This document shows positions 26,831 through 38,086 of a stretch of DNA of 64,000 nt, piece by piece (within the stretch, counting starts at the first letter, position 1; each line of letters begins with the position of its first letter). The stretch is taken from assembly GCF_009914755.1 (NCBI RefSeq), contig NC_060944.1; one strand, written 5' to 3'. Below the pieces are notes generated by a model, which was given only the letters and a program-made list of their open reading frames with translations, was not told the origin of the DNA and did not search any database. Source of the stretch: the human T2T-CHM13v2.0 reference genome, Homo sapiens. The position numbers and the translations under genes are program-made.

Positions 26831-29800
26831 CCCTGTGGCAGCTCCGACAGTGGTGGTCTCCGACCTGCACCTCAGCTCTTCCTGTCAGGCAGCCTGGGTT
26901 CAATTCCTTCCTCCATCGACGGCAGTGCAAATAGCCGCCACCCCAACCCACGGAGCATGGGGCCAGCACGGTTGTACAGAGCGTACCTTCACTATCCAGT
27001 GCTCACAACCGCGGAGTGATGGTCTTATAATACCCACGCTACAGGTAGAGAAACTGAGGCGCAGAGAGATGCAGCAGTCTAACCTTACAGTCAGGAAGTG
27101 ATGGAGCCCTTGCCAGTGTGACCCTGAAGCCCATGCTGTCTCTATTCCAACAACATGCTGCCGTTGCAGCCCTGTAACTTCTCTGGATCTCAGTTTTCTC
27201 ATCTGCAAAATGGAGCTTGTGATTGGACACCTCCTTCCAGGGTCGTTGGAAGGACTGAGTAAAGTGACGATAATAAGCGTGTGTTAAGCTCTTACTGTTT
27301 GCCAGACTCTGCCTCGGTGCTTTACGCATGTTAACTCTAATCGTCACAGACCCAAGGAAGTCGGCACTATTGTAATCCCCATTTGATGTGTAAGGAAATG
27401 AACAAAGGTGGGGGAGCATACAGTAATTGCTATATAAATGTTAGCTATTATAATTATGCTTTTTACTTGCTTGGAGATAGTTTCCTCCCCCACCACACTG
27501 TGAGCTCCCCATGGTTGGATCTGTGTGCCCAGCACATGCCTGGCTCAAAGTAGGTGTGCGATGAATAGATGTTGCATGAAGGAATCACAATCCAGTTAGA
27601 CCCACCTGCCAGGGTTGCTGAAGCATTTAACAGGGGTCAAGTGTGTGGCATGTAATAGGTGCTACAGAAAGGGGACTTCCTCGCACCTGCTCCCAAGCCT
27701 GCTCTAGAAGTCGTCGGAAGTCCGCAGTGAGAATTCCCCTCCCCCTCCTCCTCCCACTTAGCTGGAATTGGACCAGGAATCCTGTCTGCCAAGGGTTTGA
27801 GTGATTGGTGGGTGGGCAGGCTGGGGTCTCCCTGGGGATTCCGTAGGGGATTCTCATGGGCAGGGGCCATTCTGATTTGCCTCTGCCTCCCATGGCCTAG
27901 GCTGGTCCTAGCACCTTCCCTGAGACCCTGGGGGCTGGGCTCCCTGGAGAGTTTCTGGCAGACAAACTTTTCATCCTGGCACTTGATGGGCAAGTGATTC
28001 CATTGTTCTGTGATTCCACAGAACAATGAAGGTTAGGTCCGTTTGGGAGGTTTCCCACCTGGGGAGTGGGATTTGACCTTCTCCTGGTGACCCCTGAGAC
28101 CTGTAACCACTCCTCCTTCCCTCCTCCCCTAGCCTCCTTCACTGAAGTGAGCAGGTGGAGGAGGGTTTTGTAAGGGGAAACAGGGTTCAAGATGTTCAGA
28201 CTTTTAGCTGGGTACTCTGGTCAGCTTTCGTTTCCCACACAGCCTGGCTGATTCAGCCTCCAGGCCTTTGCCTCTCATCTGGAGTTTGGGATGGACACAG
28301 GGTGAAGTCTGTGTGCCCCTGAAGGCAAGGGTGTGCCCTTATTTTTACCTCTGTCCCTTCAGCAGCCAGCACAGGGCCCTCTGCACACAGAAGTCATTGT
28401 GGATTATGGAAGTGGATGACTCGGAAGCGGGGGGCTCTGTGGTTGGATGTAAAGGGGGATAGTGATAGTGGCAATTTTTTAATCTGGGGAGAGGAGATGC
28501 CCAGCCTCTCCGCACCCTATGTCTCCCGTCCCATCTGCCTGTGGTCTGGAGGTCCCCCTGCTTCCCACTCCGGGAACCAGGCCTGGTACTCAGGTCCCAG
28601 AACATTCAGGAGTGTTGTTTCAGACTGAGTTAAATACCCGTCAGGCACTCCCAGACCCCCCTCCTTCTCCTTCTGTATTTCCTCACGTTGTAATTCCTGG
28701 TGATGATAATAATAGCTAATATTCACTGAGCACTTACTGTGTGCACCAGGCTCTGTGCTAAGTGCTTCGCTCCCATCATCTCACTGAATCATCACAAAAC
28801 TACTCTCATCACAGATAAGGAAACTGAGGGACAGTGTGGTGATGGCACTTGCTCCAGGGGTGGAGCAAGGATTGGAATCCACTGCCCCCTTGGTTTCCCA
28901 CATACTGGGAGGTCCTCCAGGAGGGGGCTGTGGCTGAGCTGTTCACCTCCCATTCCCAGGGCCCTAGCTAGTGGGCACTTAATAAGTATTTGTGGAATGA
29001 GTGATGATGATTTGCGAGGCCAGCCTCACTCCCCAGCCTAGCAGGACCTGGTATAGACAGTCCTGTTCACCTGGTCTCAGGGCAGGTCTGCATCTCATGT
29101 GTCTGGGGCCATGGAAGGGGAAGGGTGGTTTGGTTCTCCAACACAGATTCCAGCTGAGTGCCTTTGGGTGGGTTGTGCTTCAGGTCCTTTTTTTTTAAAA
29201 TGGGATTTATCTGGAGGGGTGACTGATCACGTAACCAGTGCTTTGAGTTCTATTATTAAAGGATGACATATTGGATAAGAGTAAAACTTTGGTGCCAGAC
29301 GGCCTGGATTGTTTTGGCTCTACCATTCCCAGCAGTGTGACCTTGGCCAAACGATTTGGCCTCTGTGTGACTCTACCGTTTCAGTAAGGGGTCTGCCAGT
29401 AAACAGTATATAAACAAATGATAACCAGCACTCTCAGAGCACTCCTGTGTCAGGCACTCTTACAAGGGCTTTCCACACATGAAAGCATTCTACCCCCATG
29501 ACACACAAGGTGGTAGGTACCCTTTTATAGAAGAGGAAACCAAGGCACAAGGAAGCTAAGTAACAAGCCTAAGATTGTGCAGCTGATAAGTTAGAGCCAG
29601 GATTCCAGCTCAGTGGCTGGCACATTTTAAATCCACCACGCATGTTGGCTGTTATTATGAACAATAATAACAATCTCCCCAGATGGGTTTCTGTGCTGCA
29701 GCTTTCTTGGCATCTGCCCCAACACATCGTGCTGCTCCTCTCTGGGCCTCTGTTTCCTCACCCGGGATGTGTAATTTCTATTTCACGTTCTGATGGGAAA

Positions 29801-29866
29801 ATATCTGGTGCATAGTAGGAGCTCCATCAGTGAACCAGAGCGTTCTCCATGAGGTGCTCTGCCCAT

Positions 29867-29882
29867 GGCGCCCTCTGCTGGT
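29867..29882 (-). promoter_or_regulatory. CTCF motif in SCRT2 intron
   Basis: Minus strand ACCAGCAGAGGGCGCC matches the consensus core CCAGCAGAGGGCGC. Confidence 0.7.
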
Positions 29883-32800
29883 GGCCCTCAGCGCTGTTGA
29901 CTTTCCTCCTGTTGCAAGGGGCTCTTTATGAAGAAATAGGGGTGCCTTCAACAAAGGCTGCTCATTTGCCTAGGGAGGGCTGCAGAAGTGTCTTCAGGAT
30001 AGGAATTGTGAGCCCAGACCAGACACCCAGTCAGTGGATTTTGGCATGGGTTGAGAGCATCCTGTGAGAGTTTGTGTGGTCATGTTAGGAGGAGGTGGTT
30101 CTAACTTGCTTTGTGACTGTGGCCAGGTTGCTTAACCTTTCTGGGCGGAATCTATACATGACAAAGATGGACTGGAATGGTCTAAAGACCCTTTCTGCAT
30201 CATGGCTGAATCAGTCCCTCCATGATGCTCTTTGTCCCCTCCACTCCCAGCTCCTCCAATTCCACCCCGTTTTCCTCAGATTCACAGACATCTCCCTAGG
30301 CAACCTTGGGCAAGTTACTTAACATCTTTCTGCCACACCTGTATAAGGGAGTTCATAATAAGGCTGAATAAATGAATGCATGTAAAGTGCTTAGGACAAT
30401 GCCTGACACATAATAGCTGCCCTCTTGAGCTGTTATTATTGTTGTTATTGGCAGTATTCCTGTGTTTCCTGGTGATATATCCTTCTAATCTGCCAGAGAG
30501 TAGGAGATACACATGGGTGTCTTAGGCTGCTGTGTGACCTTGAGCAAACCACCTCACCTCTCTGAGCCTCAACCCTGGAGACTCCTTTAGGACACTAAAA
30601 GCCATACTTTAACCTAATGCGTGGAACCCAGACAGGTACCTTCCTCTGCCCTAAGAGTGACTATAGAAGGCTGAGATACCTGTCCTGCAACTGACAGGGT
30701 GAGACAGGACTCTTGTTTGGGTTCCCACAGAGATAGGGATGAGCTGGGATTCAGAGAAAAGAGAATCTCAGGTGAGATCTCTCATCCTAGCCCTTGAATT
30801 CAGGCCGTAGCCATGTGACCTTGGGTAAGTCGCATAACTTATCTGGGCTCAAATCCTCCATTTGAGGAATGTGGACCAGAGGCACCCCTGTCATGTAGGG
30901 ATATGGGGAGGGCCCAGAAATACTTTGGAGATGTGCACATGTCACCTGGAAATGACTTTGGTTTTCCCTGCCCAAGAGTCTTGATATTTTAGACTGAAGG
31001 TCCAGAATCTGTCTTTTTAAAAATCGGTACTCAAAGGAGTGGTGAAAGGGAAATTTATGAGAACTAAGGTGCTGGGCCCTCTGCAGACACTGTCTCATTT
31101 AGCTGCCTGACCCCCTGCGGGGATGGAGGGGGATGTGTAACAAATACTGCTACTGCTACTGCTGGTGCTTCCAACTAGCACCAGCCTCCCTGTGAGCCAG
31201 ACATTGCCCTGTGCCCAGAGGCCCAGAGAGGGGAGAGGATTTGCCCAAGGTCACTGAGAGGGAGGCGGCAGGTTTGAAACCCTCCAAGGCCTGTGTTTTT
31301 TCCAAAACACCAGAGAGGGCATGGAGACTTGCTGGGGAAGAGATCTTCAATTGGTAGGGGAAGGGGTGGTGCGTTTCCTCAAACACTCCCTAGTTAGCCT
31401 GTGGTGGGGTGGGTGGGGGCACGGGGTGGTGGGGGCATGGAGAAGCTGTTGTGGAAAATGCTTCAGCCTCTTGTAAGTATTTGTAAATCATACTTAATAA
31501 CAGTAATGCCTATCACTTACTGAGCACTTACTTGGTGCAAGGCATCCTGCTAAATGCTTTGTGCACGTTAGCTCATGTCTAAGGTCACTTCCCTCCATGC
31601 CCTTGTTCTGCAGAAGCTGAAGCCCAGACAAAGGCCTTGACCCACCTCAGGTCACAAAACAAGTTCTCATCAGAGCTGGGTTGGCCTCCTTTTCTTTCCT
31701 TTTTTTCAGTCCAGGACTCCTTTCCCCAGTCTCTCCCAGACTCCCAAGGTGCCAAACTTTCTCCAGGGAATTCCTAGCCTCAGCCTCACCTCTCTGTCCT
31801 AAAATGGGCAGAAAAAGACAGGGGCCTGGTGGGGGGCCAGCTTCCCCGGCGGCCCACTTTCCTGAGGAGGGCTGGGCCCTGCTGGGTGGTAGGGGCTGGA
31901 GGAGCTGCTGTATGGGTATATTTAGAGCTGCTTCTTGCTGTGCCAGGGCCTCGGGCCTCGAGAATCAGCTCCAGCCAGCTGAGCAGAAAGCCAGGTCTGT
32001 CAGCAGCAAAGCGGGATAAAAATAGTTTCTCCTGTCTGCTCACAGAGCTGGGCAAAGGGGCTGGGTACCTCCCCCTCCCCTTATTATAGCATCTTTGTTA
32101 GCGGTTCCCTGGGCACTGGACCAGAAATGACACCCACCTCCTCCAAAGGCCTGGCAGCTGGTACATCTGCCCACGGGGAGGAGGTCCCTGTGCCCAAATG
32201 AGCAGGGGACAGAGTGAGGTCTGGCCCAACATGACCAACGCTGCATGGCTTGGGGCTGATGCCCACTGACCCAGGCCCAAGGAACTTTGAGAGAATTTCA
32301 AGGCTTTTCCCCACCACCCCCATCTCTTGGAATTCCCCACATTCTGGTCTTTCCTGACTGTGACCCAATTCCTGTGGCCTATAGGGAGGTCCAGAGCTCT
32401 GCAGGAATCAATAGGAAAGATTTTTCAGGGGGGTATGGAGATGAGAGTGAGTGGCTCAGGGTCTTCATTTGCCCAGCCTGGGTTCGTAGAGTTGCCTCCT
32501 GCTCCCTCGGGGGGGATCTCCAGTGGGCCCTTTCTGGGCCTCGTTCCGGAGACTGGGTGTGTTGTGCAGTGCTCCACCTCTTCCCCCGGCCTCCTACTTT
32601 CTGCTCTGCTGCCTCTCTCTCTAGAAGGGTGCACTCAGAGGGCCCATTCCAAACCCCTCCCTATCCAAAGGCTGGCCTGGCAGTAGACGCTTCACTTCAG
32701 GGGAGTCCACAGCTGGGAAAGAGACCAAGAGGCCCGAGGGACCCCATCTCTCCCGGCAGAGGGCCTCCAGGCTGTGGGGGCCCCTAAAACCTGTGGATGT

Positions 32801-33334
32801 AGCACCCACTAGGGAGGTGTGACAGGGTGCACCGTTTATGCTCTTGTGACTTTGGGCAAGTCACGGCCTCTCTGTGACCTCAGTTTTGCCTCTGTAGGTT
32901 GGAGTGAATCCTCCCCTGCCCCCCGCTGCCCTTTGCCCACTGTGGATTTGTGTGGCCAGAGAGTGCCTTTGGGATGTGTAGATTGCTGTACTGACATAAG
33001 GGACTTGGTGTACTCTCTGGCCCTCCTTCAGCAATCAAAGACTGAGACTATCTAAAGTGTGGAAGCTCAGCTCAGGACCCTCACGTCCCTCTCGTAACCC
33101 CAGGCTTTAGAGGAAATCAGGGGTTCCCAGATTCCATATCTCACATGGGCCTCATCATTCCACACTTCCACTGAGCCCTGTTAATTCACAGGAATATTAG
33201 ATTTCTGGGTCCCTAGAAGGTCAAAGCTGAAAGAGATCATATTCAACCGTTTGATATTATGAAAGGAAAACGGAGGCTGGGAGGAGAGGGGAGACTAGGC
33301 CAAGGCCACACAGAAGGCTAATGGTGAGTCTAAG

Positions 33335-33684
33335 ACTTGAACTCAGCCCAGCCTTGAGAGCGGATCTGGACAATGACCTTGGACTGGAAACTGGGCCTGA
33401 ATCTTGATTCTGGACCCAGCACTTTGCCCTGGACCTGTTCATAGGTATTGAAATTTGAAATTGGACATGGATTTGTCCTGGATAGCAGACCTGGACCTAT
33501 AACCTCAGACACTGACCTTGGACCTAGTCCTTGGACCTGGTCCTATACCTGAAGTTTGACGTAGGCATTGGACTTGGACCTCAGATCTGTACTTGGATGT
33601 TGGACTGAATGTTGGACCTTGACCTAGACTTTGAACCTGGGCCTCTGACATGTCTTTAACCTGGACCTTGGACCTGGACCAAGG
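33335..33684. repeat. Decayed hexamer/heptamer tandem array (GGACCT/TGACCT/GGACTT)
   Basis: Recurrent ggacct, tgacct, ggactt, gaacct units in SCRT2 intron. Confidence 0.75.
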
Positions 33685-34664
33685 CCAAGTTACCAGGGAA
33701 AGGGGTGGTTAGAGAAGACTCAGATGGGCCTGCTGTGTGTCCATGGGCACCTCCCCAGCCTTCTCTGTGCTTGCTCTTCCAAAAGACTGGGGAAGCCCTT
33801 TTGCATTGCTGCTCCCCAGAGGAGCTTTCTGAGGTGTGGAATGGATGTGTGGCAGCTGGGGACATTGGGCGGGGCTCCCGGGCTTGGCCTGGAGCGACTA
33901 CCCGGCACCATCAGAGGGAGTGAGAGGAAGTGGGCGCTGGTTTAATGTGGTCAGCTAGATAAGCCCATGGGTAGAAGTAGGAGAGTTTCCTCAGCTTGCT
34001 GGGGGAGGCTTAATGTAGCTGCAGAGGGCAGACAACTGTGTTATTGGATTGGCATTGATCCCTCATCTGCCTGGGTTGGATGCACTCTGAGAGGGCAGGA
34101 GGGCAGGACAGGGCGGGGATGCAGAGGAAGGGGGGCCTGGCTCCAAGCTGGGGTTCGGAGTTAAGGTGGAGGGGAGGCAGACACTCCAGAAGATATTCTT
34201 GGCAGGGGCCCACAGAGACCACTGACATGCATGTGGGTGGGCCACCTTCTTTGGGGTGGCTGAGAGTCCCAGTATCCTTCAGATGGGGGCCCCGGTCTGT
34301 GGGGAGGGCCTGGTGGAGTTGGAGGGTGAGGTTAGCAGAGGGTTAGGATGATGTAAGTTGGCATCTCCCAGAAAGACTGAGTCTGTGCTCAGAATCACCC
34401 AGGGGAGAAGAGGGGAAGGGAAAGCAGTGGAGGAGCAAGAGAGGCATCTTACTTGAGGGGACAATGAAATTAGATCTATTCCCACTTATCAGGGAGCTCT
34501 GCAGAGAGACCTGGTGCTTTCTTCATTTGAGGGGCTCCCCTTCCCTGTTTAGGAGTTCTGTGGGCTTGGGGGGACCCTGGAGCACAGACAGACTTGCTGC
34601 ACCCTCTGTTCTGCCTGGCGGTAGAGGCTGAAAGGGAGTAGGAAGGCAAAGAAGAGCATTGCTC

Positions 34665-34701
<37 letters not shown>

Positions 34702-34713
34702 CGTGTGTGTGTA
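34665..34713. repeat. (TG)n/(CG)n alternating purine-pyrimidine microsatellite
   Basis: Direct reading. Confidence 0.95.
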
Positions 34714-36647
34714 TGGAGGAGGAGCAGGAGTCCTCCAGGAATTCTCCAGCATTCTCAGGCATTCCCAGAGCTGGGGTACACCTCTTTAATTTGGGGTTCT
34801 GCATCTTTATCAGCTAGGAGCTTGTGGTTTCTCTGACCTCCACATTCACAGGCTCCCCCAACCCCTGCTCCCCCGACCCAGGTTTCCCTCCCGCCAGCCT
34901 CATCCTGACCCTGCAGCCCGAGCTGCAGGAATGGCTTGTAAGAAGATCTTTCTAATAACTGGAACTATCTCCAGCCCCAGGCCTCCCCCGCCCTCCCTCC
35001 CTCCCTCTCTCCTTCCCTCCCTCCCTTGCTTCTCCTCCCTCCCTCTCCTCATCTTCCCCCCCTCCTCTCTTTCTCCTTGTTTACCCAGCACACTTACACA
35101 CGCTGAGAGAGAAAAACGTCGGCTCAGCAATTTTTCACACTTCCCTCAAATGCTCAGCAAGGTTATTTCCGGCAGAGCGGAGACAACGGGCCACCAGGAG
35201 CCGGCGGGCTCTCAGCAGACCCCCAGCACCCTCCACCCGCCCAGGGAATAAGGGATCCCTCACTGCCCAGTCTGGCCGCACCCCAGGGAGGGAAGAGGCC
35301 CCTGAAAACAAGACAAGGCAGACTTTGTATTTCCCAGTCATACCTAGGCTTGGTCTCTGGCACTGACCGTCCACTGCAGACACTGCCAAGGTGGCCAGGC
35401 CAGGGTGCCTGTCCTCACTATGGGGTAGCCTACAGAGACCAAAGCCAAGAAAAGTGCCCGATCCCAGAAATGCCGCTACCCTCAGCCAGGTGGCGTATGT
35501 TCAGTGGAGCCCTAAGGAAACCCTGACAGTGGCCTCCCAGCATCCTGTTAGACCCCTGTGCAGGCATCTCCAGTGCCTGACATTCCATAGTTGACCTTCA
35601 CAGAAGCTGAGCTTGTCAAAGTTGGAAGGATGCTTAGTTTATGCCATCAAAACTCTTTCACTGCTGGGGAGGCTGAGGACCAGAGAAGGGAAGGCACTTG
35701 CCCAAGGTCACACAGCATGTGAGAGATCTAGAGCCCAGGCCTCCAAATTTCAGGCCAGGTTTCTGGCTATCAGCACAGCCTCAGGATTCCTGAGAGGTGA
35801 GGGAGTTGGTCTGGAGCCCCATGGGGAAGGGGACAAAGACAGAGGTGGTTCTAGGGTGTTAAACCCGGTGGAACCTCTGCAGAAACACCCTGCTGGTGGC
35901 TCTGCACCCGCCCTGCTTCCCACTATTCACTCAGGGGCTCCTTTCAAAGCTTTTTTTTGGACTGAATTCAAGGCAAGGCATTCTCTTGCCTCCCTCCTGA
36001 GGAACAGCCTGCAGTTTTGGCTGTGCATGGGAAATTCTCTGGGCTTCTCTGGGTTTCCTCAGCTGGCCTGGGGACAGGACCAACGGGGCTTCAGGGGGTG
36101 GAATCCCAGAGCTTTGTGTCAGTGTCAGTCCCTTAAGAGATCCATATCCCAAGCTTGCAGATATTTCAGTTTCTACCAGCTTTGAGCGCACACTCTCCAG
36201 CTTTGGCATGGCCCCAGGTCCACCCTCTGTCCTGCCAGCCCTCGGCCCTGCTCAGCCATGTCCCTGGGCTTCTGACCTCCACCTCAAGAGGCCCTGTGAT
36301 CAAGAAAAGAGGACAGTAGAATAAGGGACATGTGGGCAGAGGAGAAGGGGTTTCTGTTAAGGGTCTGGGGGATGCCAGTGGATGAGGGGCTGTAGCTGTA
36401 TCCCTGATCACTCTGTAACTTCTTTGACCTTGATGAGGTCACAAAGCCCTTTGCCCAGCACTCTCTCTCTCTCTACCTGGTGTGGCAGAGTGATGGAATG
36501 TGGGTGAAGTGCTTGGAAATCCCAGAGGTGGAAGCCCCCATCCTCCCAGGCTCCTGTCTTTGCCATCTCAGTTCCCCCCTCATCCTCAGTCCTTTCTTTT
36601 CTCCTCTCTCAATCTCCCTCTTTCTCTCTCTCTCTTTCCCCACCCCC

Positions 36648-36698
<51 letters not shown>
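36648..36698. repeat. (CT)n(CA)n compound microsatellite
   Basis: Direct reading. Confidence 0.95.
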
Positions 36699-36700
<2 letters not shown>

Positions 36701-36944
36701 CCCAAAGCTGCCACATGTGATGTCAGATCTCTCACTACCAAAGGGACACCTCCTCTTCAGACACCTGCCCTGGTGGGGGCCATCAGGGGAGAACCCCTTT
36801 GTGATCCCCTTGGTGGAGGATGGGATCCACAGAAGCAGTCTCCACTTTCCCCTGCCTTCCAGAGATCACCCCCTTCTGCACCTGAATGACTTCTCTTGTT
36901 CCTCAAACCCTTGTCCCTGCAGGAACTTGTTCTGAGAAGAGATG

Positions 36945-36946
<2 letters not shown>

Positions 36947-36994
<48 letters not shown>
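36947..36994. repeat. (GT)~24 microsatellite
   Basis: Direct reading. Confidence 0.95.
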
Positions 36995-36996
<2 letters not shown>

Positions 36997-37724
36997 TGAG
37001 GAGGGGGCTTACGAGGAGCAGCAGGGTTGGTTCTGGAGGGGGTTGAGAAGCTGGGGATGGGGAAGGAGTGCAATCCAGGGGACCAGGAGCCACTTTGGGG
37101 GAACCCCTCCCAGAAATCCTCTCTTTCTTGCAGTCCCCAGGACAGGCCCAGCCTTTGGCAGGCATGTGGCTGAGGGTAACAAAAGAGTTATTGAGAGAGG
37201 GGGTCTGAGAGCACTTGTGTGACATCGGCAGGGGAGCAGGTTTGAAGGGAGGGAGGGCGCCCCCAGCCACCCCCAGGGAACCAACCCTGTCTCTCCAGGG
37301 ACTGAACATCCAGGGCTCTTTACCTTCCCCCTTCCCGGGCAGCCAGCTTCTCTTCCTCAACGGGGGAGAGGGAACCCTCAAAGTGCCTTGTGCCTCAGTG
37401 CCCAGCGCTGGCCTTTCACGAGCAGCCCCGTCTGTGTTCTCTTGCCACCCCCTCACTCTAGCCCTATTTGAGGGCCACAACTTTCAAAGTCCCGGCTGGC
37501 GCGTGGCTGCGGGATGGGCCGACCCCGCGACTTTCCCTTTGTACGACCTAGCCCCTGCCCCGCCCGCACGGCCCTTGGAAAGCCCGGGAGGAGCCCACGG
37601 CCAGAGAGATCTCCTCCCGGGGGTTTCCTGTCGCACGCGCCCCTCCTCGTGGCCCAAGCTGGGGAGGGCCCCAGCTCCCCTCGCCTCTTCTCCCAACCCC
37701 CCGCCCCCGCCGGGTCCCACTCAC

Positions 37725-37857
37725 CGTTGTCCCCGGGAGGCCCCCGGGCGCCAGGCAGCACGTAGGCTGTCTCCAAGGGGTGGTAGGTGGGGGCCGGCAC
37801 CCCGCTGCACTGGAAGCCGTCCCCTTTGATCTTCTTTACCAGGAAGGAGCGCGGCAT
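37725..37857 (-). CDS. SCRT2: Scratch family transcriptional repressor 2, coding exon 1 (SNAG domain)
   Basis: MPRSFLVKK SNAG motif; 133 nt followed by donor GTGAGT at 37724; phase 1. Confidence 0.98.
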
Positions 37858-37928
37858 GGCGCGGCCGGCGCGGGGCTCGGTGCGGGGAGGCGGCCGGCCG
37901 GGCGCGATCGGCTGTGTCCGCGCGGGTT

Positions 37929-37947
37929 TTCAGCACTGGACAGCTCC
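37929..37947 (+). promoter_or_regulatory. RE1/NRSE-like site (zero spacer) in SCRT2 5'UTR
   Basis: TTCAGCACT-GGACAGCTCC vs canonical TTCAGCACC-nn-GGACAGCGCC. Confidence 0.55.
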
Positions 37948-38080
37948 CAGCGGGCTGGAGCGCGGGAGGCCGCTCGGAGCCGGCACCGGTGGCGGCGGCC
38001 CCGGCTCGGGCTCGGGCTTGGCGGCGGCGGCGCGCAGACAGGGGATCGCGGGAGCTGCGCTCAGCACTCCGGCTGCCGGC

Positions 38081-38086
38081 TTTATA
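38081..38086 (-). promoter_or_regulatory. TATA box of SCRT2 (TATAAA), TSS predicted near 38055
   Basis: Plus TTTATA isolated within a CpG island, about 225 nt upstream of the ATG. Confidence 0.7.

Noticed and set aside
26735-26969. N-terminal extension of the 341-aa SCRT2 ORF
   Set aside because: Intronic; the real exon starts at the CAG acceptor (26734), in phase with exon 1.
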